Shown piece after piece: positions 9,442 through 18,695 of a stretch of 64,000 nt of DNA. The notes beneath the pieces are model-generated. The model did not search any database, was not told where the DNA came from, and saw nothing but the letters and a program-made list of their open reading frames with translations. Made by a program: the position numbers and the translations under genes. The stretch is from contig OZ253462.1 in the NCBI GenBank assembly GCA_965261395.1, positions 3,552,001-3,616,000 on the forward strand, in the 5' to 3' direction. Numbering within the stretch: position 1 is the first letter of the stretch; the number at the start of each line of letters is the position of its first letter. The stretch comes from Candidatus Latescibacterota bacterium (GTDB taxonomy: Bacteria > Latescibacterota > UBA2968 > UBA8231).

Positions 9442-12001
9442 CGTCTGGATCTTCGGCGAAAATCACCCGGCCGACATCAGCCGCACTGAACAGGCCCAAC
9501 TCTCCCGGCACTAAAAGCTTGATTTTGGCCAGCACCAGCCGCAGTTCAGAATTGCCATACAGTGCGGTATCTCCTGCGAACCGGTTCTTCCGAAAACCAC
9601 GTAAATTGCCATTGGATGTGCCACTACCGGCTAAGCCGGGTCCGCCTAGGAAGGCGCTCTCGTGGAAGGGGAAGGTCCCCCCCACTTTCTTGCCGCCCGC
9701 TCTTAAGGCAAGGGTCGGGCTAGTCGGAATGCGAGCCGTCAGGTATGCGCGCGTCTCCCCATCTAGGCTGCCAAAGGCCGACTCCACATCCCAAACTCCC
9801 GGATAGATGGCTCCGGCAACTCTGACAAAGAACCCCCGAGTAGCATATCCTGGATTGTTGCGCGTATCGTACGCGATTTCACCCTGTGCTCCTACTTGGC
9901 CGAAGGAATCTGTGCCGTACACCGGGTGATCCAGAGAACCGATAAATTTGTCCTTATTGGAACTTAGCGGCGTGTTTGCATACTTGATGATCGGCCCCAA
10001 GCTAATGATTAATTCCGAGCGCAGCGATTCCATCCCTTCCATATCTCCTTCACGCTCTCCCGCGCGAAACTCAAGGGATGGTGCGAAAGCGAAATAGTTT
10101 TGCTCCACTTCATAGAAAGAAGACGACTCTGGAATCTCCGTTTTATTACCGAGTCCGTTGAACCGGATTACTTGGATTCTGGAATATTTGAGATGGACTT
10201 TAGCGTCGAGATTGAGCAGCAGTTGGCGGAAGGTTCCGGTATAGGAAATAGATGACTTGAGACGATTGATCGCCAATCCGGCGTTGAAGGAATGGCTCGA
10301 AGAGAAAGGGGTTTTTCGATAGCCGAAATACTGCCGGCTGCCGAGACCTCCTACGAACACGCTCAGATCTGGATTGGCCATAAGGATCGGGAGCGTAATC
10401 GCCTGCATGCCCCAGTCCAGTGCATACCGCGCGCGGAGAATCCGTGCGGGAGGACGCTTGTAGGGGCGCTTGTCGATTTTCGCGCCCTTGCCTTTGGTGA
10501 ACCGATTTTTCCCACGATAATCGTAAAACCGGGTCTTTGCGGCACTAGCTTGGGATGAATTTGTGGACGCGTCGTCCCCGCCTCCGCCGTCGATGCGGAC
10601 GGCAATTCGTCCCTTGGCCCCTGCTATCTCCACGCGGTCGGCTCCCCCTCGAAGGTATATGCGGACTTCCCGGGTTTCTTGGGGGTGGAACGTCCGCTGG
10701 AAATAGGGCGTCTTCCTTGCTCCATCAGGACCTTCCATGAGGCCGATGCGGACTGAGAGATCGCCGCTCGGCAGGTGTTCACAGTGGGCGTACTCGTCCT
10801 GATCGGTCGCTTGGATTTCGGCCTCGCGGGTAATCAACGCATAGTATCGGCTGGCAAATTCAGGCAATGCGTCCCGCCGCGATTTGAGCGCCTTTGTAAG
10901 AGCTTCTCCTACGATCTTGTAATACGGCGGGGGGAGCTTTCGCACGGCATCCTCGATGATCGGGTCTGGAAGGTCCCGGCGAAACGCCGTTACGACCGAA
11001 TCCCATGCCGTCTTATTGAGTTCGACTAGGAACTGGCGATCCAGCTCCCAGCCCGTAGTCGATAGGCCCACCAGACTCGGATACGCGTCGTCGAACTCGA
11101 TTTGCATCGGAAGCCCTCTACGCGCCACAGCCATGCCAAACCCGTCGAGGTCGACAAAGGCTTGGTCGCGATCCTCTGGTATGGGCAGCCAAGTATAACA
11201 ATCGCCAGCGGGGAACCGCGCCCATCGCCACTGACCGTAGTGGCGATCCCTGTCGTTGATGAGAAAATCCATCAGCCTCGCCTTTAGATAGGCGCGGGCA
11301 TCGACGCGGTTGCAGGGACTTTTTCCCAAGCGCTGCCACAGCTTCTCCGTGCCGCTGATCTTGCGGGAACCGGCAAAGCCGGGCGTATCGTCCGGCCCTT
11401 CAGAAGGGTGTTCCTGTAGCATTCCTATAAGGCCGGCAAATTCCTCGCGGCACTCCTTCAGCCTAAGATCATCTGGAATAACTACGAGCGTATGCTTGGC
11501 GTGAAGGATACCGGTGGCTTCCATTAGCGGATCGACCACGAGCGCCCCGGTGGGCAGCAGCGCACTGATCATGTCCTGCAGGACGTCGTCCACGACCGTA
11601 TTCTTGAGTTCGTCCCATTTCCTTTTGATAGGATCTTTATCCAGAGAGCGAACCGTATATCGGCGGCCATCTTCCCCTGTAAAGTGCAGAGAGATGGACT
11701 GTCCGGCTCCGCCGGTGCGAAGCGGTGTCAAGCCACCTCCTACACGGTCGAGGTCGAGGACCGCAACCTCGATGGGGGTGGTCCAGAGATCTCGGTAATC
11801 GCTGCCGTAGAGCCAGCGTTTGAACCCGCCGGCGCGGAACCTTTCCCCTATAATCATTACGTGGGTTTTGGCACCCTGCGGAGGAATAGAGCGGTGAATT
11901 CTGTATCCTGGAGGGGGGGATTCTTCCGCGGCTGATTCTGCTGGAATGGAAACGGCGAGCACCAACGAGAGTACTATGGGAATCCGCTTGGAAAATACCA
12001 T
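9176..12001 (-). CDS. Omp85/BamA-TamA family outer-membrane protein with N-terminal atypical-kinase-like domain; C-terminus disrupted
   Basis: Signal peptide; DFLINDRDRHYGQWRW and PIPEDRDQAF; barrel motifs YDTRNN, LRGFRKNRFAGD, DVGRV, WHTGVGGGLWLSF followed by an out-of-character tail. Confidence 0.8.
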   Translation of the reverse strand: MVFSKRIPIVLSLVLAVSIPAESAAEESPPPGYRIHRSIPPQGAKTHVMIIGERFRAGGFKRWLYGSDYRDLWTTPIEVAVLDLDRVGGGLTPLRTGGAGQSISLHFTGEDGRRYTVRSLDKDPIKRKWDELKNTVVDDVLQDMISALLPTGALVVDPLMEATGILHAKHTLVVIPDDLRLKECREEFAGLIGMLQEHPSEGPDDTPGFAGSRKISGTEKLWQRLGKSPCNRVDARAYLKARLMDFLINDRDRHYGQWRWARFPAGDCYTWLPIPEDRDQAFVDLDGFGMAVARRGLPMQIEFDDAYPSLVGLSTTGWELDRQFLVELNKTAWDSVVTAFRRDLPDPIIEDAVRKLPPPYYKIVGEALTKALKSRRDALPEFASRYYALITREAEIQATDQDEYAHCEHLPSGDLSVRIGLMEGPDGARKTPYFQRTFHPQETREVRIYLRGGADRVEIAGAKGRIAVRIDGGGGDDASTNSSQASAAKTRFYDYRGKNRFTKGKGAKIDKRPYKRPPARILRARYALDWGMQAITLPILMANPDLSVFVGGLGSRQYFGYRKTPFSSSHSFNAGLAINRLKSSISYTGTFRQLLLNLDAKVHLKYSRIQVIRFNGLGNKTEIPESSSFYEVEQNYFAFAPSLEFRAGEREGDMEGMESLRSELIISLGPIIKYANTPLSSNKDKFIGSLDHPVYGTDSFGQVGAQGEIAYDTRNNPGYATRGFFVRVAGAIYPGVWDVESAFGSLDGETRAYLTARIPTSPTLALRAGGKKVGGTFPFHESAFLGGPGLAGSGTSNGNLRGFRKNRFAGDTALYGNSELRLVLAKIKLLVPGELGLFSAADVGRVIFAEDPDDADSWHTGVGGGLWLSFLRRRQYRRRGGPARRSGTHHSDHGRFGAGLRGYAPYYLGISLDAAAQEIQSILCTHPARDTYLHNAGRFFG

Positions 12002-12101
12002 TTTTAGAAATCTTGTAGAGTTCTGATTCGGTCGCCGAAGTTATGGACGGCGGTAGGCGGCTCGGCTCGCAACTTTTAAGTTAGCATTCAAGAAAGGACA
12101 C

Positions 12102-12284
12102 CACGCGGCCGAACAGTGTCCTGTTTTTCCGGGGCGCGCCCGGGTGGTGCACCGGGCCTTTGACGATCCGCCGAAGCTGGCGCGGGATGCGCGCAGTGAA
12201 GAAGAAGCGCTGGGGGCATATCGGCGAGTGCGCGACGAGATCGGTGCTTATATCGAAACCTTGCCCGAGGGATTGGCGGGTTAA
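12102..12284 (+). pseudogene. arsC: 5'-truncated arsenate reductase (LMW-PTP family) remnant
   Basis: Manual translation HAAEQCPVFPGRARVVHRAFDDPPKLARDARSEEEALGAYRRVRDEI...*; no start codon and no N-terminal CxxNxCRS loop. Confidence 0.8.
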
Positions 12285-12290
12285 ACGCGT

Positions 12291-13532
12291 TCAGCCGGGC
12301 ACCACGGGCTGTTCGCGGTTCTGTTTCACTAAGGGTCGGTTGCCGTCGGCCTCGACGACAAAGCTCTGCTCCATGTGCAAAGAAGCCCGCCCCGGCGCAA
12401 AGATCATCGCCTCTAGGTTGAGTACCATGCCGGCCTCCAGCGGCAAATCCGCAGCCTCGTCAACGCATCCATCGGCGATGCGACCGCCCTTGTCCGGCAC
12501 CAAGATGGGATAGTCCCGCACTTCGAGGCCGACGCCGTGGCCGTGGGGAAAGGAGGCCGCTACGCCGCGCCCGCCGAGAACGTCCCCCATAGCTTTCGGT
12601 GCGTCCGAGGCCTTGGCACCGACTTGTAGAGCAGTCTGCCCGGCCCGCATGCACTCGTATAACGCTTGGTATTTGCCGACCCATTCTCCTTCCAGCCCGC
12701 CCACCGCCAGCGTCACTCCGCTGTCCGAGCAATAGTTGCGGTATAGACAACCGTAGTCCACGTACAGGGCGTCGCCCGCTATCAGGGAGTAGTCCGGCTC
12801 TGTGGCCAGCCCCAAGCCCCGAATGCCATAGGCAAAGTGATCGACATCCGCGCCCAAGAGCCCGATTTCGGCCCGGAAGCGCTGCTGCATATCGCGCAGG
12901 TGCACGCCGGGCCGAGCCTCTGCGAAAGCAGCGGCGGCAGCCTGCTCGCCAATGCGCGCTGCCTCGGCCAACAGCGCCTGTTCGGCGGGGCTTTTGACCA
13001 TGCGGATTAGGCGGATCATGTTGGAGCAATCGACTAGTTCGGCCTTGGGTAAAGCTGCTCGCACCGCGGCCAACAGCGCCGCTGGTACGCCTTCCGTCTC
13101 TATGCCCAATCGCGCTTCGGCCAAGCCCGCTTGCCGCACCAGATGCACTAGGGCATCTACCGCCGTTGCTTCCGAGCGCACCTCCCGCAACTGCTGCCAC
13201 AACTGCCGCTGCGCCTCGTCCATCGGCCCCAAGGGTGTGCCCCACTCAAAAGGCGCATCGCCCCAAGGACACAGATCCACAGGCAAGTCCAAGGCATTGA
13301 CCGCCAATAGCGGGGACACGGTCAGGCCGGGGCGTCCTGTGGGCTGATGCAAGGCAAACGCGGGCAGCAAATCGCCGCTGCCGCCGGGCTTGACCATGAA
13401 TTCCTTGAACTGCCCGTCCAGCCAGCAATGGTAATCAGTGAAATAGGTGATGTTGACCGGCGAACTAGCAATGATTCCGTCTAGGCCGCAGTGTTGCATA
13501 TAGGCGGCGGCTCTAGGGGCATTACACGGCAT
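12291..13532 (-). CDS. M24 family Xaa-Pro peptidase/creatinase-like protein
   Basis: RMVKSPAE, VDYGCLYRNYCSD, HGHGVGLEV, EAGMVLNLE. Confidence 0.9.
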   Translation of the reverse strand: MPCNAPRAAAYMQHCGLDGIIASSPVNITYFTDYHCWLDGQFKEFMVKPGGSGDLLPAFALHQPTGRPGLTVSPLLAVNALDLPVDLCPWGDAPFEWGTPLGPMDEAQRQLWQQLREVRSEATAVDALVHLVRQAGLAEARLGIETEGVPAALLAAVRAALPKAELVDCSNMIRLIRMVKSPAEQALLAEAARIGEQAAAAAFAEARPGVHLRDMQQRFRAEIGLLGADVDHFAYGIRGLGLATEPDYSLIAGDALYVDYGCLYRNYCSDSGVTLAVGGLEGEWVGKYQALYECMRAGQTALQVGAKASDAPKAMGDVLGGRGVAASFPHGHGVGLEVRDYPILVPDKGGRIADGCVDEAADLPLEAGMVLNLEAMIFAPGRASLHMEQSFVVEADGNRPLVKQNREQPVVPG

Positions 13533-13554
13533 AAGGTTTTTCTTTCTCTACGAG

Positions 13555-14136
13555 TCAGAACAGAATGCGGGCCCTCAGAACCGGTATAGGGTTCCTTCGC
13601 TGATCAAGAGCCACGTCAAGCACGGGACTGATCCGCGATACTCCGCTCATAAACGGTGTTGGAATGGCCTCCCATTCTTCGCTTCGCACAATTGCGCCAA
13701 TGACCAACCCCGTGAGCCCTAGGTACGTGCCCAACACAGTGCTGCCTAAAATCGCTTCTGCAGTGGTTATTCTATCGCACCCGATGTGGGGGGTGCAGTA
13801 CGGGCCAACGGCCAAACTGAGGAATAGTCCCCCAAGGGCACCAGCACCAAACCCGATCGCGAATCCGCGTTTCTTATAGGTCTGGGTCCCAAGGCTCTGC
13901 TCCAGCAGTTCTATTTCGCTGTGCACGATGGAACGGGATTTGCCACCCCATAGTCTGAGGTCAAATCCGCTCTGGCTCGTCGCCGACACGGTCCCAGTCA
14001 TCGTTTCCCCGTCTAAGGTCACACGCAGACGCTCGCCTCCGCGCTGTCCGTAAAGGGGGGCAGGAAAGCTCATAGCGGTCAAGGCTATTATGCTGACAAG
14101 GACGGTGAATCGCTGCAATGGTCTCATGTCTATCAT
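13555..14136 (-). CDS. Hypothetical exported/membrane protein with glycine-rich hydrophobic helices
   Basis: Signal-like N-terminus MIDMRPLQRF...LYG|Q; GFAIGFGAGALGG helix. Confidence 0.6.
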   Translation of the reverse strand: MIDMRPLQRFTVLVSIIALTAMSFPAPLYGQRGGERLRVTLDGETMTGTVSATSQSGFDLRLWGGKSRSIVHSEIELLEQSLGTQTYKKRGFAIGFGAGALGGLFLSLAVGPYCTPHIGCDRITTAEAILGSTVLGTYLGLTGLVIGAIVRSEEWEAIPTPFMSGVSRISPVLDVALDQRRNPIPVLRARILF

Positions 14137-14173
14137 AAGAATGCCTGCTTGAGCTATATGAATGTGCGCCGTC

Positions 14174-14989
14174 TCATTTGACGACGACCATTTTGCGCAC
14201 GTGGGCGACCGGGCCGGCCTGCAAGCGGTACAGATACACGCCGCTGGCGACGCGCTGGCCGCGATAGTCGCGTCCATCCCAATGGGCGGCGCTAGTGCTC
14301 GTCAAATACTGACCCGCTGCGCGATAGCCCAAGTCGATTTCTCGAACTAAGGCCCCCCGGACATCGTAGATACTCAAGTGCACATGGGCGAGGGCGTGGA
14401 GTTGATAGGGGATATAGGTGTCTGGGTTGAAGGGGTTAGGGAAGTTGGCTAGCAGCGCCGTCTGCGTCGGTAGCGGCGGCGAAGATTGAATTGCCGTTGG
14501 TGTAGAGGGGGTGATGTAGGGCGACATATCCCACAGTAGAATCGTGCCGTCCCGACTCCCACTGGCCAAGGCTTTTCCATCTGGCGAGAACGCCACGGAA
14601 AAGACCTGATTTGTATGGCCCTTGAGGGTTGTATGGAGTTGGCTGGTGCCCACATCCCACAACCGAATCGTGTTGCCCCCTCCTCCGCTGGCCAGCGTGG
14701 TTCCATCCGGCGAGAACGCTACGGTAGTGACCGCACCTATATGTCCCGTGAGCAAGGCGACTTCGTCAAAGGTGTATGCATCGTAGATCCAGATGCCGAT
14801 ATTACTAGCTACCGCGAGTCGCGTCCCGGCGGGCGAATACGCGATAGTCCCATTTATCGATCCTTTACCAAGACTGGCAATGGCACCTTCGGGCAAACTC
14901 AAGCGAGTATGGTCTTGGGCGCGGCTGTCCGGAACACACAGGACACAGACCAGCAACAGGAAGACGTTGAACAGCCGGATATTTTGCAT
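14174..14989 (-). CDS. Secreted WD40-repeat protein (about 3 repeats) with FlgD-Ig/T9SS-like C-terminal domain
   Basis: GH..V..VAFSPDG..LASG..D.TI.LWD repeats; NFPNPFNP...WDGRD..G..VASGVYLY...RKMVVVK. Confidence 0.85.
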   Translation of the reverse strand: MQNIRLFNVFLLLVCVLCVPDSRAQDHTRLSLPEGAIASLGKGSINGTIAYSPAGTRLAVASNIGIWIYDAYTFDEVALLTGHIGAVTTVAFSPDGTTLASGGGGNTIRLWDVGTSQLHTTLKGHTNQVFSVAFSPDGKALASGSRDGTILLWDMSPYITPSTPTAIQSSPPLPTQTALLANFPNPFNPDTYIPYQLHALAHVHLSIYDVRGALVREIDLGYRAAGQYLTSTSAAHWDGRDYRGQRVASGVYLYRLQAGPVAHVRKMVVVK

Positions 14990-15151
14990 CTGGTTATGCT
15001 CCGTTTAAAGGAAGGGACTCGGCGAACGGAGAGGCTGGCCTGCAATCGCAAATATACGAACTAGCGACGCGCTGTTCCCTGATGTTAGCGCGGCACCGAC
15101 GAAAAATTGTAGATTATCACCGCACACTACCATCCATAAGGAGAACGCCTT

Positions 15152-16054
15152 ATGCAACTAAGTCCCGAACAGGTCGCCCAATTCGCGGAGAACGGCTATC
15201 TGCTGCTGCGCGGCGCGCTGACCGACGCCGACCTCGACCCGATCATCGCCGAGTACGAAGAGTACATCGGTCGCCGCGCCGAGGAGTTGTTGGCGGCCGG
15301 CGACATCTCGGCCCTGTATGCGGACGAACCCTTCGACCGCCGCCTCGTCTCGATCTGCCGCGAAGACGACGAGATCTACAGAGAGCTCGACATCATGCGC
15401 TTGCGCGGGCGAGCCTCGTTTGAATTTTTGCGCAATGACCGCCTGCTCGATATGGTCGAAAGCTTGGTCGGGCCGGAGATTACTTGTAGCCCCATCCAGC
15501 ACACCCGCGCCAAACTGCCTGCGGGTGTGACGCCAAGCGGCAGCGACCCGCACGTGGCCCCTTGGCACCAAGACGCCGGCGTTACTTGGGAGGAGGCCGA
15601 CCCGCACTTCATCCTCACGGTGTGGCTGCCGCTGTGCGCGGCGACGCCCGAAAACGGCTGTTTGCAGATCTTGCCGCGAGCACACCGGAACGGGCTGGTG
15701 CAGCACCACATCAAGCAGGGCCTTGGCACGGTGATCATCGACGACGAGATGCCGCAGACTGAGTCGCTTACCTTGCCGATGGACAAAGGCGACGTGCTGC
15801 TGATGGACAAGCAGACGCCGCATCGCTCGACGCCCAATAACGCAGACATGGTGCGCTGGAGCATGGACTTGCGCTATCAGCAGACGGGGACGCCGACCGG
15901 TCGCCCCTTCCATCCCGACTTCGTGGCCCGCAGCCGGTCCAACCCCGCGTCTGAGCTGAGGGACTACGACGAATGGTGTCGGCGGTGGGTTGAGTCGCTA
16001 GAGGCAGTGCAAGGACAGGGGGTTAAGGCGCATCGGTGGGCGGTCGTCCAGTAG
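15152..16054 (+). CDS. Phytanoyl-CoA dioxygenase (PhyH) family 2OG-Fe(II) oxygenase
   Basis: F.ENGYL, PWHQD, TVWLPL..ATPENGCL, TPHRS, RWSMDLRY. Confidence 0.9.
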   Translation: MQLSPEQVAQFAENGYLLLRGALTDADLDPIIAEYEEYIGRRAEELLAAGDISALYADEPFDRRLVSICREDDEIYRELDIMRLRGRASFEFLRNDRLLDMVESLVGPEITCSPIQHTRAKLPAGVTPSGSDPHVAPWHQDAGVTWEEADPHFILTVWLPLCAATPENGCLQILPRAHRNGLVQHHIKQGLGTVIIDDEMPQTESLTLPMDKGDVLLMDKQTPHRSTPNNADMVRWSMDLRYQQTGTPTGRPFHPDFVARSRSNPASELRDYDEWCRRWVESLEAVQGQGVKAHRWAVVQ

Positions 16055-16631
16055 CGACGATGCAGCGGAAGGTGAGGTTGAGGCGCAGAGCGCACGGGCG
16101 TCGGGTCTTGGGGACTTGGTGCTGCCAGTAGGTTTGGGTCGGGCCGCGCATGATGAGCAGGGCACCGTGTCCGAGGGGGATTTCAACCGGAGGGTGGTCG
16201 CGGCGCTTGTGTCGCAGGAGGAAGCGCCGCGTCTCGCCCAAACTTAGCGAGGCGATCGTCGGGTTGGCTCCCAACTCTGGCTCGTCGTCGCTGTGCCAGC
16301 CCATGCTGTCGCGGCCGTTGCGGTACTGATTGAGCAGGACGCTGTTGAGGGAACAGTCGGCGGCGGCTTCGATCCGCGTCTTGAGGTCTAGCAGCGGCGC
16401 GGTCCATGGGCGCGGCTCCAGCGCCAGCCCCGAATAGGCGTAGTGGGCCTCCGCGGACCCATGCCACGCCGAGAGACGCGGCGCGGGAAGCTGGCGGCCA
16501 AAGATGACGACGTGGTGCTGTTGCCACTCAATATCAGCCAACAGTTGCCGCATGAATTGGTCGGCCTCGGCAGGGGCCAAAAAGTCGGGGGCGTAGCGCA
16601 GGTCGCCGTCCGGGAGGGGAATGGCCCTCAT
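16023..16631 (-). CDS. AlkB-family (ALKBH2/3-like) alkylated-DNA repair dioxygenase
   Basis: LLNQYRNGRDSMGWHSDDE, WQHQVPK, RLNLTFR; ATG overlaps the upstream TGA. Confidence 0.9.
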   Translation of the reverse strand: MRAIPLPDGDLRYAPDFLAPAEADQFMRQLLADIEWQQHHVVIFGRQLPAPRLSAWHGSAEAHYAYSGLALEPRPWTAPLLDLKTRIEAAADCSLNSVLLNQYRNGRDSMGWHSDDEPELGANPTIASLSLGETRRFLLRHKRRDHPPVEIPLGHGALLIMRGPTQTYWQHQVPKTRRPCALRLNLTFRCIVATGRPPTDAP

Positions 16632-17527
16632 TCCACTGCAAAGCCGAGGTCGTCTAGCGCTTGGCACAGCGCGGCGCGGGTTGCATCGTCGAATGGGATG
16701 CGGGGTGGGCGGGCAGGGCCTACGGGCAGGCCGCGCATGGTCAACATCTCCTTGACGGCCGCTAGCAGGTCAAAGTGGAACAAGGTGGAGATGACCTCGT
16801 TAGCGCGTGCTTGCAGGGCCATAGCCGGCTGGATGTCGCTGGCTTCAAAGTGTTGCCGCATTTCCACAAACAGCTTGGGCATGATATTGTAGGTCGAGCC
16901 AATGGCTGCGTCGCTGCCGGCGACCATGCCGCCGAGGCAGATTTCGTCAGGGCCGGAGATTAGGTTGAGGCGGTCGCCGCCTAGCTGCACGAGGCGCTGG
17001 AAGAAGTAGAAATTGCTGTCGGTGAATTTGAGGCCGCTGAAGTTGGGCACGGCTTGCATGGCGTCGAGGAACTGTTCGGCCGTAACGTCCTTGGCGGCCG
17101 TTTGGGACAGCCAATACACGTAGAAAGGTAGATCGGTGGCCGCGCCAATAGCTGCGTAGTGGGCAACCGCGGCTTGGAGGTCGTTGGGCTGATCCACCGG
17201 CGCGACCGAAGCCACTGCGTCCGCGCCAGCGTCCGCGGCGTGCCGGGCCAATTCCACTGCATTAGCCGTGCTCGTCGCGCCGACTTGGAAAATCAGCGGT
17301 ACGGCACCAGCGACCGCGGCGATCGTCGCTTCGGCCATGGCCTTGCGCTCGGGTACGCTCATGGCGCTTCCCTCGCCTGTGCCGCCGCAGACGAAGAAGC
17401 CGTGAGAGCCAGCGTCGATCAGGTGCTTGACGAGTGGCTCGACGCGCGCGGGAGCCAAGGCGCTGCCGTCGTCGGTGAACGGGGTGACGAGCGCGGGCCA
17501 GATCCCGCGTGCTAGTTTATCGGCCAT
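16628..17527 (-). CDS. DapA/NanA-family class I aldolase/lyase
   Basis: PALVTPF, GGTGEG, YVY, GLKFTD (Schiff-base Lys), SGPDE, GSTYN. Confidence 0.9.
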   Translation of the reverse strand: MADKLARGIWPALVTPFTDDGSALAPARVEPLVKHLIDAGSHGFFVCGGTGEGSAMSVPERKAMAEATIAAVAGAVPLIFQVGATSTANAVELARHAADAGADAVASVAPVDQPNDLQAAVAHYAAIGAATDLPFYVYWLSQTAAKDVTAEQFLDAMQAVPNFSGLKFTDSNFYFFQRLVQLGGDRLNLISGPDEICLGGMVAGSDAAIGSTYNIMPKLFVEMRQHFEASDIQPAMALQARANEVISTLFHFDLLAAVKEMLTMRGLPVGPARPPRIPFDDATRAALCQALDDLGFAVE

Positions 17528-17560
17528 AGTGTTTAATCCTCTGAATGAAAATGGGTGGCG

Positions 17561-18691
17561 CTAAACCACTTGGCCGCCGCGAATGGTAGCCACCGGCTCC
17601 CAACAGCCGCCGGGCCGCTCCTCACCCTTGACATCGCGCAGGGGCAGAGCCGATTCGTTCCAGCGCAGCACCGCCAAGTCGGCGCAGGCACCTGGGGCCA
17701 AGGTGCCGACTTCGCCCTTGAGGCCTAACACCTCGGCGGGGCGGGCGGTGGCGCGGGCGAATACATCCGCTTCGGTCATGCCGGCGGCGATGAGTTTGGA
17801 CATCGTGCGGGGCAGATCGTGTTGGGGGCGGCTGTCAACATGGCGGTTGTATTGGTCGGTCGAAACCGTATCGACGAGAAACCCTTGGGCAATAGTGGCC
17901 TCGGCAATGGGAAAGCTGAAGGAGTTCATGCCGTGGCCCAAGTCGAAGAGGACGCCGCGCTGGCGGGCTTGCCATACGTCGTCGGCAATGCGGTCGTCGT
18001 CCATCAGGTTTTCGGGCAGGGCATTGAGTGAGTAAGTCACCACATCGCCGGGGCGCAACAGGGGGAATTGTTCGCGGCGGGGCCAGTCGGGTTTGAGGCG
18101 GGTGCCTACCAGCAGCGGTTTGCCGCTCAATTCCGCCGCCTCCAGCCCAGCGGCCATAATGGGGCGCGGGTCGAGGTCGTCGGCGCAGGCCCCACCGGTG
18201 ACGGTGACGGCAATGCCCCAAATGCTGCGGTCGTCCGCGGCAATGGCGTCGGCGCAGGCTTGGGCATCGGCGTCGGCTAGGTCGTTGAAGCAGCGCACGG
18301 GGTGCGTCTCACCGTGTTTGCACAGGTTGATGGCTAGGAGCACACGGGTGCGCGAGGCTTCGATCACGGTGCGGCGGTAGTCGTCTATGTTCAAAGCCCC
18401 GGCATCGCCTTGGGACATGACGGTGGTGACGCCGCGTGGCAAAAAGTGAAGGTCCGGGTCGATGCCAAAGCGCGATTGGCCGCGAGCCGGATGGGCGTGC
18501 AGATCGACTAGGCCGGGAAGGAGGAGGGCGTCGGGGAAGTCGAGCACGGTGTGGGCCGATCCCTCGACGCCGGCGCCGGAGGCGACAATGCGGTCGCCGC
18601 GGATGGCCACTGCGCCAGGGCCGTCTAGGCCGCTATCTGCGCAGAAGAGGCGCGGGGCGCGCACCAACAGGTCGTAGGTTTGTTTGGGCAC
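17561..18691 (-). CDS. Amidohydrolase/deacetylase family metallohydrolase (dihydroorotase-like)
   Basis: PGLVDLHAH, GVTT, FDLGHG, VSTD, GTLAPGACADL; GTG start 4 nt after the upstream stop. Confidence 0.85.
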   Translation of the reverse strand: MPKQTYDLLVRAPRLFCADSGLDGPGAVAIRGDRIVASGAGVEGSAHTVLDFPDALLLPGLVDLHAHPARGQSRFGIDPDLHFLPRGVTTVMSQGDAGALNIDDYRRTVIEASRTRVLLAINLCKHGETHPVRCFNDLADADAQACADAIAADDRSIWGIAVTVTGGACADDLDPRPIMAAGLEAAELSGKPLLVGTRLKPDWPRREQFPLLRPGDVVTYSLNALPENLMDDDRIADDVWQARQRGVLFDLGHGMNSFSFPIAEATIAQGFLVDTVSTDQYNRHVDSRPQHDLPRTMSKLIAAGMTEADVFARATARPAEVLGLKGEVGTLAPGACADLAVLRWNESALPLRDVKGEERPGGCWEPVATIRGGQVV

Positions 18692-18695
18692 AGTG

